From Vicinamibacteria bacterium (GTDB lineage Bacteria; Acidobacteriota; Vicinamibacteria; Marinacidobacterales; Marinacidobacteraceae), in the NCBI GenBank assembly GCA_963555995.3, contig OY821641.1, positions 2,400,001 to 2,464,000 on the forward strand: a stretch of 64,000 nucleotides of DNA, in the 5' to 3' direction. Positions 9,818 through 17,920 of the stretch are shown piece by piece; position 1 is the stretch's first letter; each line of letters starts with the position of its first letter. Both the position numbers and the translations under genes were made by a program. The notes under the pieces were generated by a model. The model worked only from the letters and a program-made list of their open reading frames with translations, made no database searches and was not told where the DNA came from.

Positions 9818-10119
9818 ATGCTTCCCACACTGCTCCAGGCGGACCCGGCCGGCGGCGCGTTCGGCATGCAGATCGTGCTGTTCGCCATCATTTTCGGCAT
9901 CTTCTATTTCATCGTCTTCCGTCCCATGCGCAAGCGCCAGCGGGAAACGGAAGCATGCTGCGGAGCCTCGAGCGCGGCGCCCGGGTGGTGACGACCGGCG
10001 GCATTCACGGGACCATCGCCGGGATTCAGGGTGACATCGTGCAGCTCAAGGTCACCGAACAGGTCAAACTCCAGATCTCGAAGAGCGCGGTCGCCAGCGT
10101 GATCGACAAGAAGCACTGA
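9818..10119 (+). CDS. yajC: Preprotein translocase subunit YajC (frameshift near 9954)
   Basis: MLPTLLQADPAGG..FYFIVFRPMRKRQ, then another frame gives MLRSLERGARVVTTGGIHGTI...ISKSAVASVI; lies upstream of secD. Confidence 0.85.
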
Positions 10120-10150
10120 GCGCCGGAGCGGCAGTTCCAGCAGCCTACCG

Positions 10151-11689
10151 ATGGCCAGACGCCTTCGCCTCAAAGGAGTCCTGCTCCTCCTCATGGTGGC
10201 GGGGCTCGTCTATGTGGTCAACCCGCCGCGGGACACCATCGTGCTGGGGCTGGACCTGCAGGGCGGCATTCACCTCGTCATGCGGGTCCACACCGAGGAC
10301 GCGGTGCGGGTGCTGACCGACGAGACCGCCGAGCAGTTCGCCGAGAACCTCGACAACCAGGAAATCGACTTTGCGGACATCGAGACCGAGGGACTCGGAC
10401 GGCTCACCATCCTGAACCTCGACGAGTCCCGCCTCCGTGAGGTCCGGGACACCGTCGCCTTCAGTTGGCCGGGCTGGGACCTGCGGAGCGCCGGCGGCGG
10501 CGACTGGCAGTTCAACCTCCGTCCCAGCGAGGAGATCGTGGTCCGCGAGCAGACGGTCACCCAGGCGATGGAGACCATCCGCCGCCGGGTAGACGAGCTC
10601 GGGGTCGCGGAGCCCGTCATCACCACCCACGGGAACACCGGGGACCAGATCCTCGTGCAGTTACCCGGCTACGAAGACGTGGCGCGGGCCAAGGAGATCA
10701 TCCAGGCCACGGCCCAGCTCGAACTCCGCCTCGTGCAGGCGGGGCCCGCCCTCGACGAGGCGGCCCTACCCCCGCTGAACAGCTCGCTTGAGAACATTCC
10801 CACGGAACTGCCCACCGGCGCGGTCGGCTACTACCAGGTGAACCGGGTCGCCGCCATCACCGGCCGCGACCTCCGGAACGCCCGGCAGGCGATTGACTTC
10901 CAGACGAACACCCCGAACGTGGAGTTCAGCCTGCATGCCGAGGGCGCCTCCCGGTTCCGCGACTTCACCGGCGCCAACGTGGGCCGGCAGATGGCCATCG
11001 TTCTCGACGATCTGGTGGTCTCCGCCCCCGTCATCCAGAGCCCGATCTACGACCAGGGCCAGATCACCGGGAACTTCACGGTGGACGAGGCCGTGGATCT
11101 GGCGCTCGTGCTGCGCGCCGGAGCGCTTCCGGCCTCGCTCGAGTACCAGGAGGAACGCACCGTCGGCCCCTCGCTCGGCGCGGACTCGATCCGCAGCGGG
11201 GTCACCGCGTCGCTCGCCGGCCTGGCGGGCGTCCTGCTCTTCATCATCTTCTACTACCGGCTCTCGGGATTGAACGCCGTGGTGGCGCTGCTCCTGAACC
11301 TCCTGATCCTGCTGGGCGCGATGGCGTACTTCGCGGCCACACTGACGCTCCCCGGCATCGCCGGCGTCATCCTGACCATCGGCATGGGGGTGGATGCGAA
11401 CGTGCTCATCTTCGAGCGCATCAAGGAAGAGATGCGAACCGGGAAGCCCCCCCGGACGGCCATCTCGGTGGGTTTCTCGCGCGTCTTCTGGACCATCGTG
11501 GACGCGAACATGACGAGTCTGGTCGCCGCCGCCATCCTGTTCCAGTTCGGCACCGGCCCCGTCCAGGGATTCGCGGTGACCCTCAGCATCGGGCTGGTGA
11601 GCAACGTCTTCACCGCCATGTTCGTGTCGCGCTACATCTTCGACCTGGTGCTCTCCGGACGGCGCCAGGTCGCCGCCCTGAGCATCTGA
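10151..11689 (+). CDS. secD: Protein translocase subunit SecD
   Basis: LGLDLQGG, IRRRVDELGVAEP, LRAGALPA, VGPSLG, TLPGIAG, DANVLIFERIKEE. Confidence 0.97.
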   Translation: MARRLRLKGVLLLLMVAGLVYVVNPPRDTIVLGLDLQGGIHLVMRVHTEDAVRVLTDETAEQFAENLDNQEIDFADIETEGLGRLTILNLDESRLREVRDTVAFSWPGWDLRSAGGGDWQFNLRPSEEIVVREQTVTQAMETIRRRVDELGVAEPVITTHGNTGDQILVQLPGYEDVARAKEIIQATAQLELRLVQAGPALDEAALPPLNSSLENIPTELPTGAVGYYQVNRVAAITGRDLRNARQAIDFQTNTPNVEFSLHAEGASRFRDFTGANVGRQMAIVLDDLVVSAPVIQSPIYDQGQITGNFTVDEAVDLALVLRAGALPASLEYQEERTVGPSLGADSIRSGVTASLAGLAGVLLFIIFYYRLSGLNAVVALLLNLLILLGAMAYFAATLTLPGIAGVILTIGMGVDANVLIFERIKEEMRTGKPPRTAISVGFSRVFWTIVDANMTSLVAAAILFQFGTGPVQGFAVTLSIGLVSNVFTAMFVSRYIFDLVLSGRRQVAALSI

Positions 11690-11701
11690 CCGGGGAACCT
11701 G

Positions 11702-12691
11702 ATGGACATCCTCGGCGACACCCGGATCAACTGGATCCGGTACCGGTGGTGGTTCGCGGGCATCTCGCTCGCGGTACTCATCGCCGGCGTCTTCGACGTG
11801 ATCCGTAAGGACGGGCTCCGCTACGGGATCGATTTCTCGGAGGGCACCATAGTGGTGGCCAAGTTCGCCGAGACGCCCGAAATAGACGAGGTGCGGTCGG
11901 TGGTCACCGATCTCGGGTACGGGAGCGCGGTGATCCAGAGTTACGACCGGCCCGAGATGAACCAGGTCATGATCCGGGTCGAGAAGGCGGCGGAAGACGA
12001 AACCGCGGGGGCTGCGGGCCAGCAGCCAACGGAAGCCGGAATCGACGAGACGGCCAACCGGATCCTCGCGGCCCTGAGGGATGGGGCCGCCGGCGAGTTG
12101 GTCTCCTCAAGCACGGAGATCGTGGGGCCGGTGGTGGGCGAGGAACTGCGGCGGCGCGCCCGGAACGCCACCCTGCTGGCCCTCTTCGCCATGCTCATCT
12201 ACATCGGTTTTCGATTCGAGCCGGTGTACGGGGTCGGCGCCACGGTGGCGGTCATCCACGATGTGCTGGTGACGCTCGCCCTCGTGTCCCTCTTCGACTA
12301 CGAGATCAGCCTGAACGTGATTGCCGCGTTCATGACCCTCGTGGGCTACTCGGTGAACGACACGATCGTCATCTTCGACCGCGTGCGGGAAAACCGCCAC
12401 ATCCATCGGCGTCTGGATCTCGGGGAGATCGTCAACCTGTCTATCAACCAGACCCTCCGGCGCACCGTCCTCACCTCGGGGCTGACCCTCCTCGCCGTGG
12501 GGGCGCTGCTGACCTGGGGAGGCGAGGTCCTTCGGGCGTTCTCCTTCGTGCTGGTGGCCGGGGTCTTCGTGGGCACGTACTCCTCGATCGCGATCGCTTC
12601 GCCGATCGTGCTCTGGTGGCGCTCGGTACGCGGCGGCACGGCCGCCACCGCTGAACAGCAACGGCCCCAAGCGCCCCCGGTCAGGGTCTGA
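11702..12691 (+). CDS. secF: Protein translocase subunit SecF
   Basis: GIDFSEG, VGPVVGEEL, HDV, GYSVNDTIVIFDRVRE, GTYSSIAIASP. Confidence 0.97.
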   Translation: MDILGDTRINWIRYRWWFAGISLAVLIAGVFDVIRKDGLRYGIDFSEGTIVVAKFAETPEIDEVRSVVTDLGYGSAVIQSYDRPEMNQVMIRVEKAAEDETAGAAGQQPTEAGIDETANRILAALRDGAAGELVSSSTEIVGPVVGEELRRRARNATLLALFAMLIYIGFRFEPVYGVGATVAVIHDVLVTLALVSLFDYEISLNVIAAFMTLVGYSVNDTIVIFDRVRENRHIHRRLDLGEIVNLSINQTLRRTVLTSGLTLLAVGALLTWGGEVLRAFSFVLVAGVFVGTYSSIAIASPIVLWWRSVRGGTAATAEQQRPQAPPVRV

Positions 12692-12695
12692 CTTA

Positions 12696-12878
12696 AACAG
12701 GCTGTGGCAAAACCCTCGCGGCGTTCGAGCGGCGATGCATCCCGCCTGAACCGCGCCGCTTCGCGGCGCGCTGCGTTGCGTTTCGGTCGGAATACACGCG
12801 GCATTCCTCCCTCACGCGCCTTGTCGGCCGGGCGCCTCACCGCTCTCGGCGCTCACGCGGGTTTCACCACAGCCTGTT
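12696..12878. mobile_element. MITE-like element with terminal inverted repeats
   Basis: AACAGGCTGTGGCAAAACC ... GGTTTCACCACAGCCTGTT imperfect ~19-bp TIRs, extended internal dyad symmetry, no ORF. Confidence 0.65.
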
Positions 12879-12998
12879 GACCGGCGCCGGGTTCGCGCGC
12901 TCCCGCGCCGGCGGGCGGCGGCCGCTAGACTCGGTGAACGAGGTTCGTGCCAAGTGCCGTCTGGACGCTCAAGGGACAGGACGCGGATCGGCCTCGGG

Positions 12999-13724
12999 AT
13001 GCCGCACACGCCATCGCCCGGCTTCGGCATCTCGCTGCCGCTCGGCGTGACGCTGCACGGCGCGCTGCTGGTGCTGCTGCTCCACCCCTCCTTCGAGGTG
13101 CGGAGCGACCAGCTCCCCGCCTTCGAGGCGTACCGGGTCCACCTCTTCGCGCCTCCCGCTGCCGCGCTCCGCCTGGGGAATCCCACGGCGGAACCCGAAC
13201 CCGAGCACGCCAGCGCAACGATCCGCGATACGGCCGCGAGGCTCGCCCCCCTCTTTCAGCGCGCCGACGTGGTCGAGGTGCTCGAAGCGGTGGAGTTCCC
13301 GTCGTCCTTCGGGTCCGAACACGGCATTCCCGACGGATTCTGGGAGGGGCTGGAATTCGGGGAGCCGGCCGGCGTGGTCGGGGGGATTCCCGGAGGGGTC
13401 CAGGGCGGGCAGATCGGCGGTCTCCGGGAAGCGGCCGATCCCGTGCTCCCTCCCCCGGACGAACCGCCCGCGGCGCTTGCCATGCCGCGTCCCCGCTTCC
13501 CGAAGCAGGCGCTCCGGGACGGCGTCCGCGGGCGCGTTGTCCTGCGGGCCCTGATAACGGAGCGCGGGACGGTCGAGGTGCTGCGCATCCTCCGCTCCAT
13601 CCCGGGACTGGATACGGAAGCGATTCGGGTCGTGGAGTCGGAGTGGCGGTTCCGCCCGGCCCAGCGGAACGGCCGGCCGGTAGCGTCGCTCAGCAACCTG
13701 GTAGTTCGCTTCTCGCTCCGCTGA
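12999..13724 (+). CDS. Energy transducer TonB family protein
   Basis: N-terminal TM with SxxxxxxLH-like motif, Gly-rich GVVGGIPGGV, C-terminal TonB_C (PRFP..GRVVLRALI..WRFRPA..NGRPV). Confidence 0.85.
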   Translation: MPHTPSPGFGISLPLGVTLHGALLVLLLHPSFEVRSDQLPAFEAYRVHLFAPPAAALRLGNPTAEPEPEHASATIRDTAARLAPLFQRADVVEVLEAVEFPSSFGSEHGIPDGFWEGLEFGEPAGVVGGIPGGVQGGQIGGLREAADPVLPPPDEPPAALAMPRPRFPKQALRDGVRGRVVLRALITERGTVEVLRILRSIPGLDTEAIRVVESEWRFRPAQRNGRPVASLSNLVVRFSLR

Positions 13725-13891
13725 CAGTCGGCGGCCGGCGGGAGAATTCCGCGGTCCACCTCGTGCTGTAGAGGGACTCGCGAGCCGCGGCTCCGGGGGA
13801 TCGCAAACCGGAGAAAAGGAGGCAGCCGCGGGCCGTTCCGGGACCGCGGCGTCAGCCCCCCGCGGCCAGCCCCTCGGGCACTGATTCTCGG

Positions 13892-13921
13892 TTGACATGG
13901 CGGGGGGCCGAGTGCTAGTTT
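13892..13921 (+). promoter_or_regulatory. Sigma70-type promoter for the tonB-exbB-exbD operon
   Basis: TTGACA (13892-97), 18-bp spacer, TGn extended -10 TAGTTT (13916-21). Confidence 0.6.
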
Positions 13922-14066
13922 CCCCATCTTCTCAGGCAGCCCGGCAAGTCGTCTGCCGTCCCGCAAGGGCTTCGGACCCGGCGGCTGTCCGGGCTGTTGT
14001 CAGCTTCCCCCTTCGCCTTTCCCCCGCAGTTGAGGGAGAGACGGACCCGGGGAAAAGGAGCCTAAC

Positions 14067-14777
14067 GTGACAAGAGAGCCAACCTTCGAACTGGCGGGAC
14101 GCGACCAGAATCTCGGGCGTTCCCTCGGCAGTTTCGCCTTCTCGTTTCTGCTCCAGGGCGGCGCCGTGGTGGCGTTCATCGTCATTCCCATCCTCGCCGT
14201 CAACCTTCCCACTCCGGAAGGCATCATGACCTTCATGGCGGCGGCGCCGCCGCCACCGCCGCCACCGCCGCCGCCGCCGCCGCCGAAGGCCAGGCGCCGG
14301 GCCGCTCCGAAGCCGGTTCTCAACACGACGCCGCAGTTCGTGGCGCCCGTGGACATTCCGGACGACCTCGGTGACGCCGGGGTGGACTTCGGAGTTCCCG
14401 GCGGCGTCGAGGGTGGAGTTCCCGGCGGGATCATCGGCGGTATCGTCGGCGGCCTGCCTTCGGGCCCCCCGCCCCCGCCGCCTAAGGCCGCTCCGGTCCG
14501 CGTCGGCGGAGAGATTCGGGAGCCGACCCGCACGGTCTACGTGCAGCCCATCTATCCGGAGATCGCCAAACAGGCCCGGGTCTCGGGAGTGGTGATCCTC
14601 GAGGCCATCATCGACCCGGCCGGCAACGTGACGAATATCTCGGTGCTTCGCTCGATTCCCCTGCTCGACCAGGCGGCGATGGACGCCGTGCGGCAGTGGA
14701 GGTACCAACCCACTCTGCTCAACGGCGTGCCGGTTCCCATCGTCATGACCGTGACGGTAACCTTCAATCTTGGCTGA
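14067..14777 (+). CDS. tonB: Energy transducer TonB
   Basis: TM anchor, poly-Pro tract, GVPGGVEGGVPGG, TonB_C domain (PIYPEIAKQARVSGVVILEAII..WRYQPTLLNGVPV); AAGGAG RBS. Confidence 0.9.
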   Translation: MTREPTFELAGRDQNLGRSLGSFAFSFLLQGGAVVAFIVIPILAVNLPTPEGIMTFMAAAPPPPPPPPPPPPPKARRRAAPKPVLNTTPQFVAPVDIPDDLGDAGVDFGVPGGVEGGVPGGIIGGIVGGLPSGPPPPPPKAAPVRVGGEIREPTRTVYVQPIYPEIAKQARVSGVVILEAIIDPAGNVTNISVLRSIPLLDQAAMDAVRQWRYQPTLLNGVPVPIVMTVTVTFNLG

Positions 14778-14970
14778 CGCCGATCCGGAACGCCTATCCC
14801 GGAAGCCCGGTTTTCCAGTCCAGACCACCCAGTTTCATCAAGGCTGATTTCGCCCTGCCCACGATGCGGATTGACCGGATCCCAGCGATCCGACTCGTAC
14901 CGATCCTCAGTCCGGTCCCGGGCAGGCGAAGCCAAACGCTTTTTTCCTAGATCCCAGGAGGACGAACGGA

Positions 14971-15639
14971 ATGTCTTTTGACTTGCTTGAGATCTGGTCC
15001 CACATGGGGCCGGCTGCAAAGCTCATCAACGGCGTGATGGCCATCATGTCGGTTTATTCGCTCTCGGTCATGATCGAGCGCTGGCTGACCTACCAGAAGG
15101 CGAAGGGCCAGTCGCGCGGTTACTCCGTGCGCATCGCCAAGGAGCTCAAGGCGGGCAACATCGACAGCGCCATCAAGGTGAGCAAGGACAAGGATGTCAA
15201 GAACAGCCACCTCGCCAAGGTGCTGCTGGCCGGACTTCAGGAGATCCAGTTCCAGACCGAGGAAGGTAGCGGGGACAAGGACATCACGATGGAAGCGGCC
15301 CACCGGGCCATCCAGCGGGCCACCGCCATCAGCATGATGGACCTGCGCCGCAACCTCTCGGGCCTCGCCACCGTGGGCGCCACCGCTCCCTTCGTGGGCC
15401 TTCTGGGAACCGTGCTCGGCATCATCACCGCGTTCCGCGGCATGGCGCTGACGGGTTCCGGCGGAATCGGCGCGGTGTCGGCCGGAATCGCGGAGGCGCT
15501 CATTGCGACCGCCTTCGGGCTCTTCGTCGCCATCCCGGCCGTGTGGGCGTTCAACTACCTGACGAACCGGGCCGATGGGTTCGGCGTCGAGATGGACAAC
15601 GGCGCGTCCGAGCTCATCGACTTCATGGCGCGCCGCTGA
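14971..15639 (+). CDS. MotA/TolQ/ExbB proton channel protein
   Basis: LATVGATAPFVGLLGTVLGII..GIAEALIATAFGLFVAIPA. Confidence 0.93.
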   Translation: MSFDLLEIWSHMGPAAKLINGVMAIMSVYSLSVMIERWLTYQKAKGQSRGYSVRIAKELKAGNIDSAIKVSKDKDVKNSHLAKVLLAGLQEIQFQTEEGSGDKDITMEAAHRAIQRATAISMMDLRRNLSGLATVGATAPFVGLLGTVLGIITAFRGMALTGSGGIGAVSAGIAEALIATAFGLFVAIPAVWAFNYLTNRADGFGVEMDNGASELIDFMARR

Positions 15640-15782
15640 CGCGGCTTCGCCGGAGTCACCCTTCAATGCCCCGCTGGCGCGACCCCAAGGCCTCTTCCGG
15701 CCTCGGGGCAACCGCGCCGGCGGGCCCCATTCCGGCCCCGCCCAGGGCGGCGGCGGACAGGGAAACCAAGGAGTAAAGCGTC

Positions 15783-16196
15783 ATGGGAATGGCAGGACTT
15801 GGTAGCAAGGACGTCAACGCCAACATCAACGTGACCCCCCTCGCGGACGTCATGCTGGTGTTGCTCATCATCTTCATGGTTGTGACGCCGCTGCTGCAGA
15901 AGGGAGTGGACGTCAAGCTGCCGATAGCCGACTACGGCATAGATCACGCGGACAGCGACGATGTCGTCAACGTGGCGATCCGGGAGGACGGGGCGATCTA
16001 TCTCGACCTCATCTCCGTCCCCAGGCAGGAGCTGCCGAACCTCCTCGTGGAGAAATTCGCGGGCAAGACGGACAAGATCCTCTACCTGAAGGCCGACGAG
16101 CGGCTTCCGTACCACGAAGTGCTCGGCCTCATGTCGCTCTGCCGCGATGGCGGAGCCGACGAGATCGGCCTCATCACCGAACGAGCGGCCGAGTAG
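15783..16196 (+). CDS. ExbD/TolR biopolymer transporter
   Basis: INVTPLADVMLVLLIIFMV..LKAD. Confidence 0.92.
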   Translation: MGMAGLGSKDVNANINVTPLADVMLVLLIIFMVVTPLLQKGVDVKLPIADYGIDHADSDDVVNVAIREDGAIYLDLISVPRQELPNLLVEKFAGKTDKILYLKADERLPYHEVLGLMSLCRDGGADEIGLITERAAE

Positions 16197-16233
16197 CAGC
16201 CTCCAGCAGGGCGAACGCCCAGGAGAAACCATC

Positions 16234-16638
16234 ATGGGAATGGCAGGATTCGCCTCCGGCGGAGTCACTTCCGACATCAACATCACACCGCTCATTGATG
16301 TGCTTCTGGTGCTCCTGATCATCTTCATGGTCGTCACCCCGCTGACCCAGCAGGGGCACGACGTGGAAATGCCGGACAACCAGGACCAGGTCATTGACGC
16401 CGAACCGGATCCGAACCAGTTGGTGCTGAGCATCGACTCGTCCGGACAGGTGACCATCAACAAGCAGGTCGTCGAGCCGGAGGAACTCCCCCTGCGTGTC
16501 CGCGACATCTTCGAGACCCGCGCCGACAAGACGATCTTTCTCAAGGCCGATCCCTTCCTGTCCTATGGACAAGTGGTTTCCGTTCTGGACATCGTGAAGG
16601 GCAACGGCGTCGAGCGCGTCGGAATCGTCGCCCAATAG
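16234..16638 (+). CDS. ExbD/TolR biopolymer transporter (second paralog)
   Basis: INITPLIDVLLVLLIIFMV..FLKAD; AGGAG RBS before ATG 16234. Confidence 0.92.
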   Translation: MGMAGFASGGVTSDINITPLIDVLLVLLIIFMVVTPLTQQGHDVEMPDNQDQVIDAEPDPNQLVLSIDSSGQVTINKQVVEPEELPLRVRDIFETRADKTIFLKADPFLSYGQVVSVLDIVKGNGVERVGIVAQ

Positions 16639-16671
16639 CTGCTCGCGCAGCCCCAGAGGAGATCACAAGCA

Positions 16672-17763
16672 GTGGCTCTAAACACAAAATCGATTGTCCT
16701 CATTTCGGTGGGCGTCGCTTTGATGCTCCTGATCGGATTGGTCATCTCGCCCGCTCCCCCTCTTCGCGGGGGACTCCCCAACTACATCGACATGCTGCAG
16801 GCCATGCGGGCCTTCGGCAAGGCGAACGAAGCCTACGGGAGAAGGGAATACGAAGATGCGATCCGCTACTACCAGGAAGCCACCGAGAACGCGCCCGCGG
16901 ACAATCCCCTCATCCAGACGACGCTGCATTTCTTCAGCGCCAGCAGCAACCACCTGCTCTACAGCCCGACGACCTTCGATGATCCGCAGAACGAGGAATA
17001 CCTCGACAACGCGCTCGACGGTTACGAGGACACCATCGCCGCCGTTGAAGAGGCGCTCGCGGACCCGGGCCTGGACCAGGCGTCAAGGGACAGCATTCAG
17101 CTCTACGAACGCTACGCCTCGGAACAGCTTGCCGGCATCCACCGCGACCACCTCGACGATCTCGAAGGAGCGGAGTACTACTTCAACCGTCTGATCGAAA
17201 TGAATCCGGGCACTCCGGAGCTGTACTACGGCTTGGCCGACGTGTACGAGCGTTTCCACGATCCCGAGGTGAACCCGCTTTTCGAGAAGGCCATCGAGGC
17301 GTACAAGGTTCCCGTGGAAATGAATCCCGACGATCCGATCGCCTACCGGCAGGTGGCCAACCTGTTCAACAAGTACGGCCGTTTCGACGAGACGATGGAG
17401 TGGCTCGAACAGGCTCGCGACGTGAACCCCGACAACCCGGAGGGGTACTACCTGATCGCGACCTACTACTGGGACAAGGTCTATCGGGACCCCGACCTGA
17501 CCGAGCGGCAGCGTCGCGAGTTCATTGATCTCGGATTGGTGCAGCTCGACGAGGCGCTGGTCCGGAACGACGAATACGTGGACGCGCTCGTCTACAAGAA
17601 CCTGCTCCTGCGGGAACTGGCGAAGGTCGACCCGCGCAACGCGGCCGCCCTGACGGCCGAAGCCGATGAGTACCGGAGCCGGGCGATCGAGATCCGGGAC
17701 CGGTTGGCGGAGGCAGCGGCCGCCGCTGCTGCTGCCGCTGCGGAGGCTGCCCAGGAACGCTAG
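16672..17763 (+). CDS. Membrane-anchored tetratricopeptide repeat protein
   Basis: N-terminal TM, TPR-like helices (AYRQVANLFNKYGRFDETMEWLEQARDVNPDNPEGYY). Confidence 0.8.
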   Translation: MALNTKSIVLISVGVALMLLIGLVISPAPPLRGGLPNYIDMLQAMRAFGKANEAYGRREYEDAIRYYQEATENAPADNPLIQTTLHFFSASSNHLLYSPTTFDDPQNEEYLDNALDGYEDTIAAVEEALADPGLDQASRDSIQLYERYASEQLAGIHRDHLDDLEGAEYYFNRLIEMNPGTPELYYGLADVYERFHDPEVNPLFEKAIEAYKVPVEMNPDDPIAYRQVANLFNKYGRFDETMEWLEQARDVNPDNPEGYYLIATYYWDKVYRDPDLTERQRREFIDLGLVQLDEALVRNDEYVDALVYKNLLLRELAKVDPRNAAALTAEADEYRSRAIEIRDRLAEAAAAAAAAAAEAAQER

Positions 17764-17799
17764 ACCAGCGCATTCCCCCAGGGAAACCAGGACATCAGG

Positions 17800-17842
17800 C
17801 CCCGTCGGCCGCGCGCTTCGGCCGCGGCCGGCGGGGTTTTTT
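17800..17842 (+). terminator. Rho-independent terminator
   Basis: CCCCGTCGGCCGCG / CGCGGCCGGCGGGG stem followed by T6. Confidence 0.8.
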
Positions 17843-17920
17843 GCTTCCGATCCGGACCACGCCGCGGAATGGACTGCTAGGGTAAGGCGGGACTAGGGTA
17901 AAGCGGGAGACCGGCGAGCG

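Noticed and set aside
14244-14286. (CCG)n microsatellite
   Set aside because: It encodes the normal poly-proline linker of TonB.
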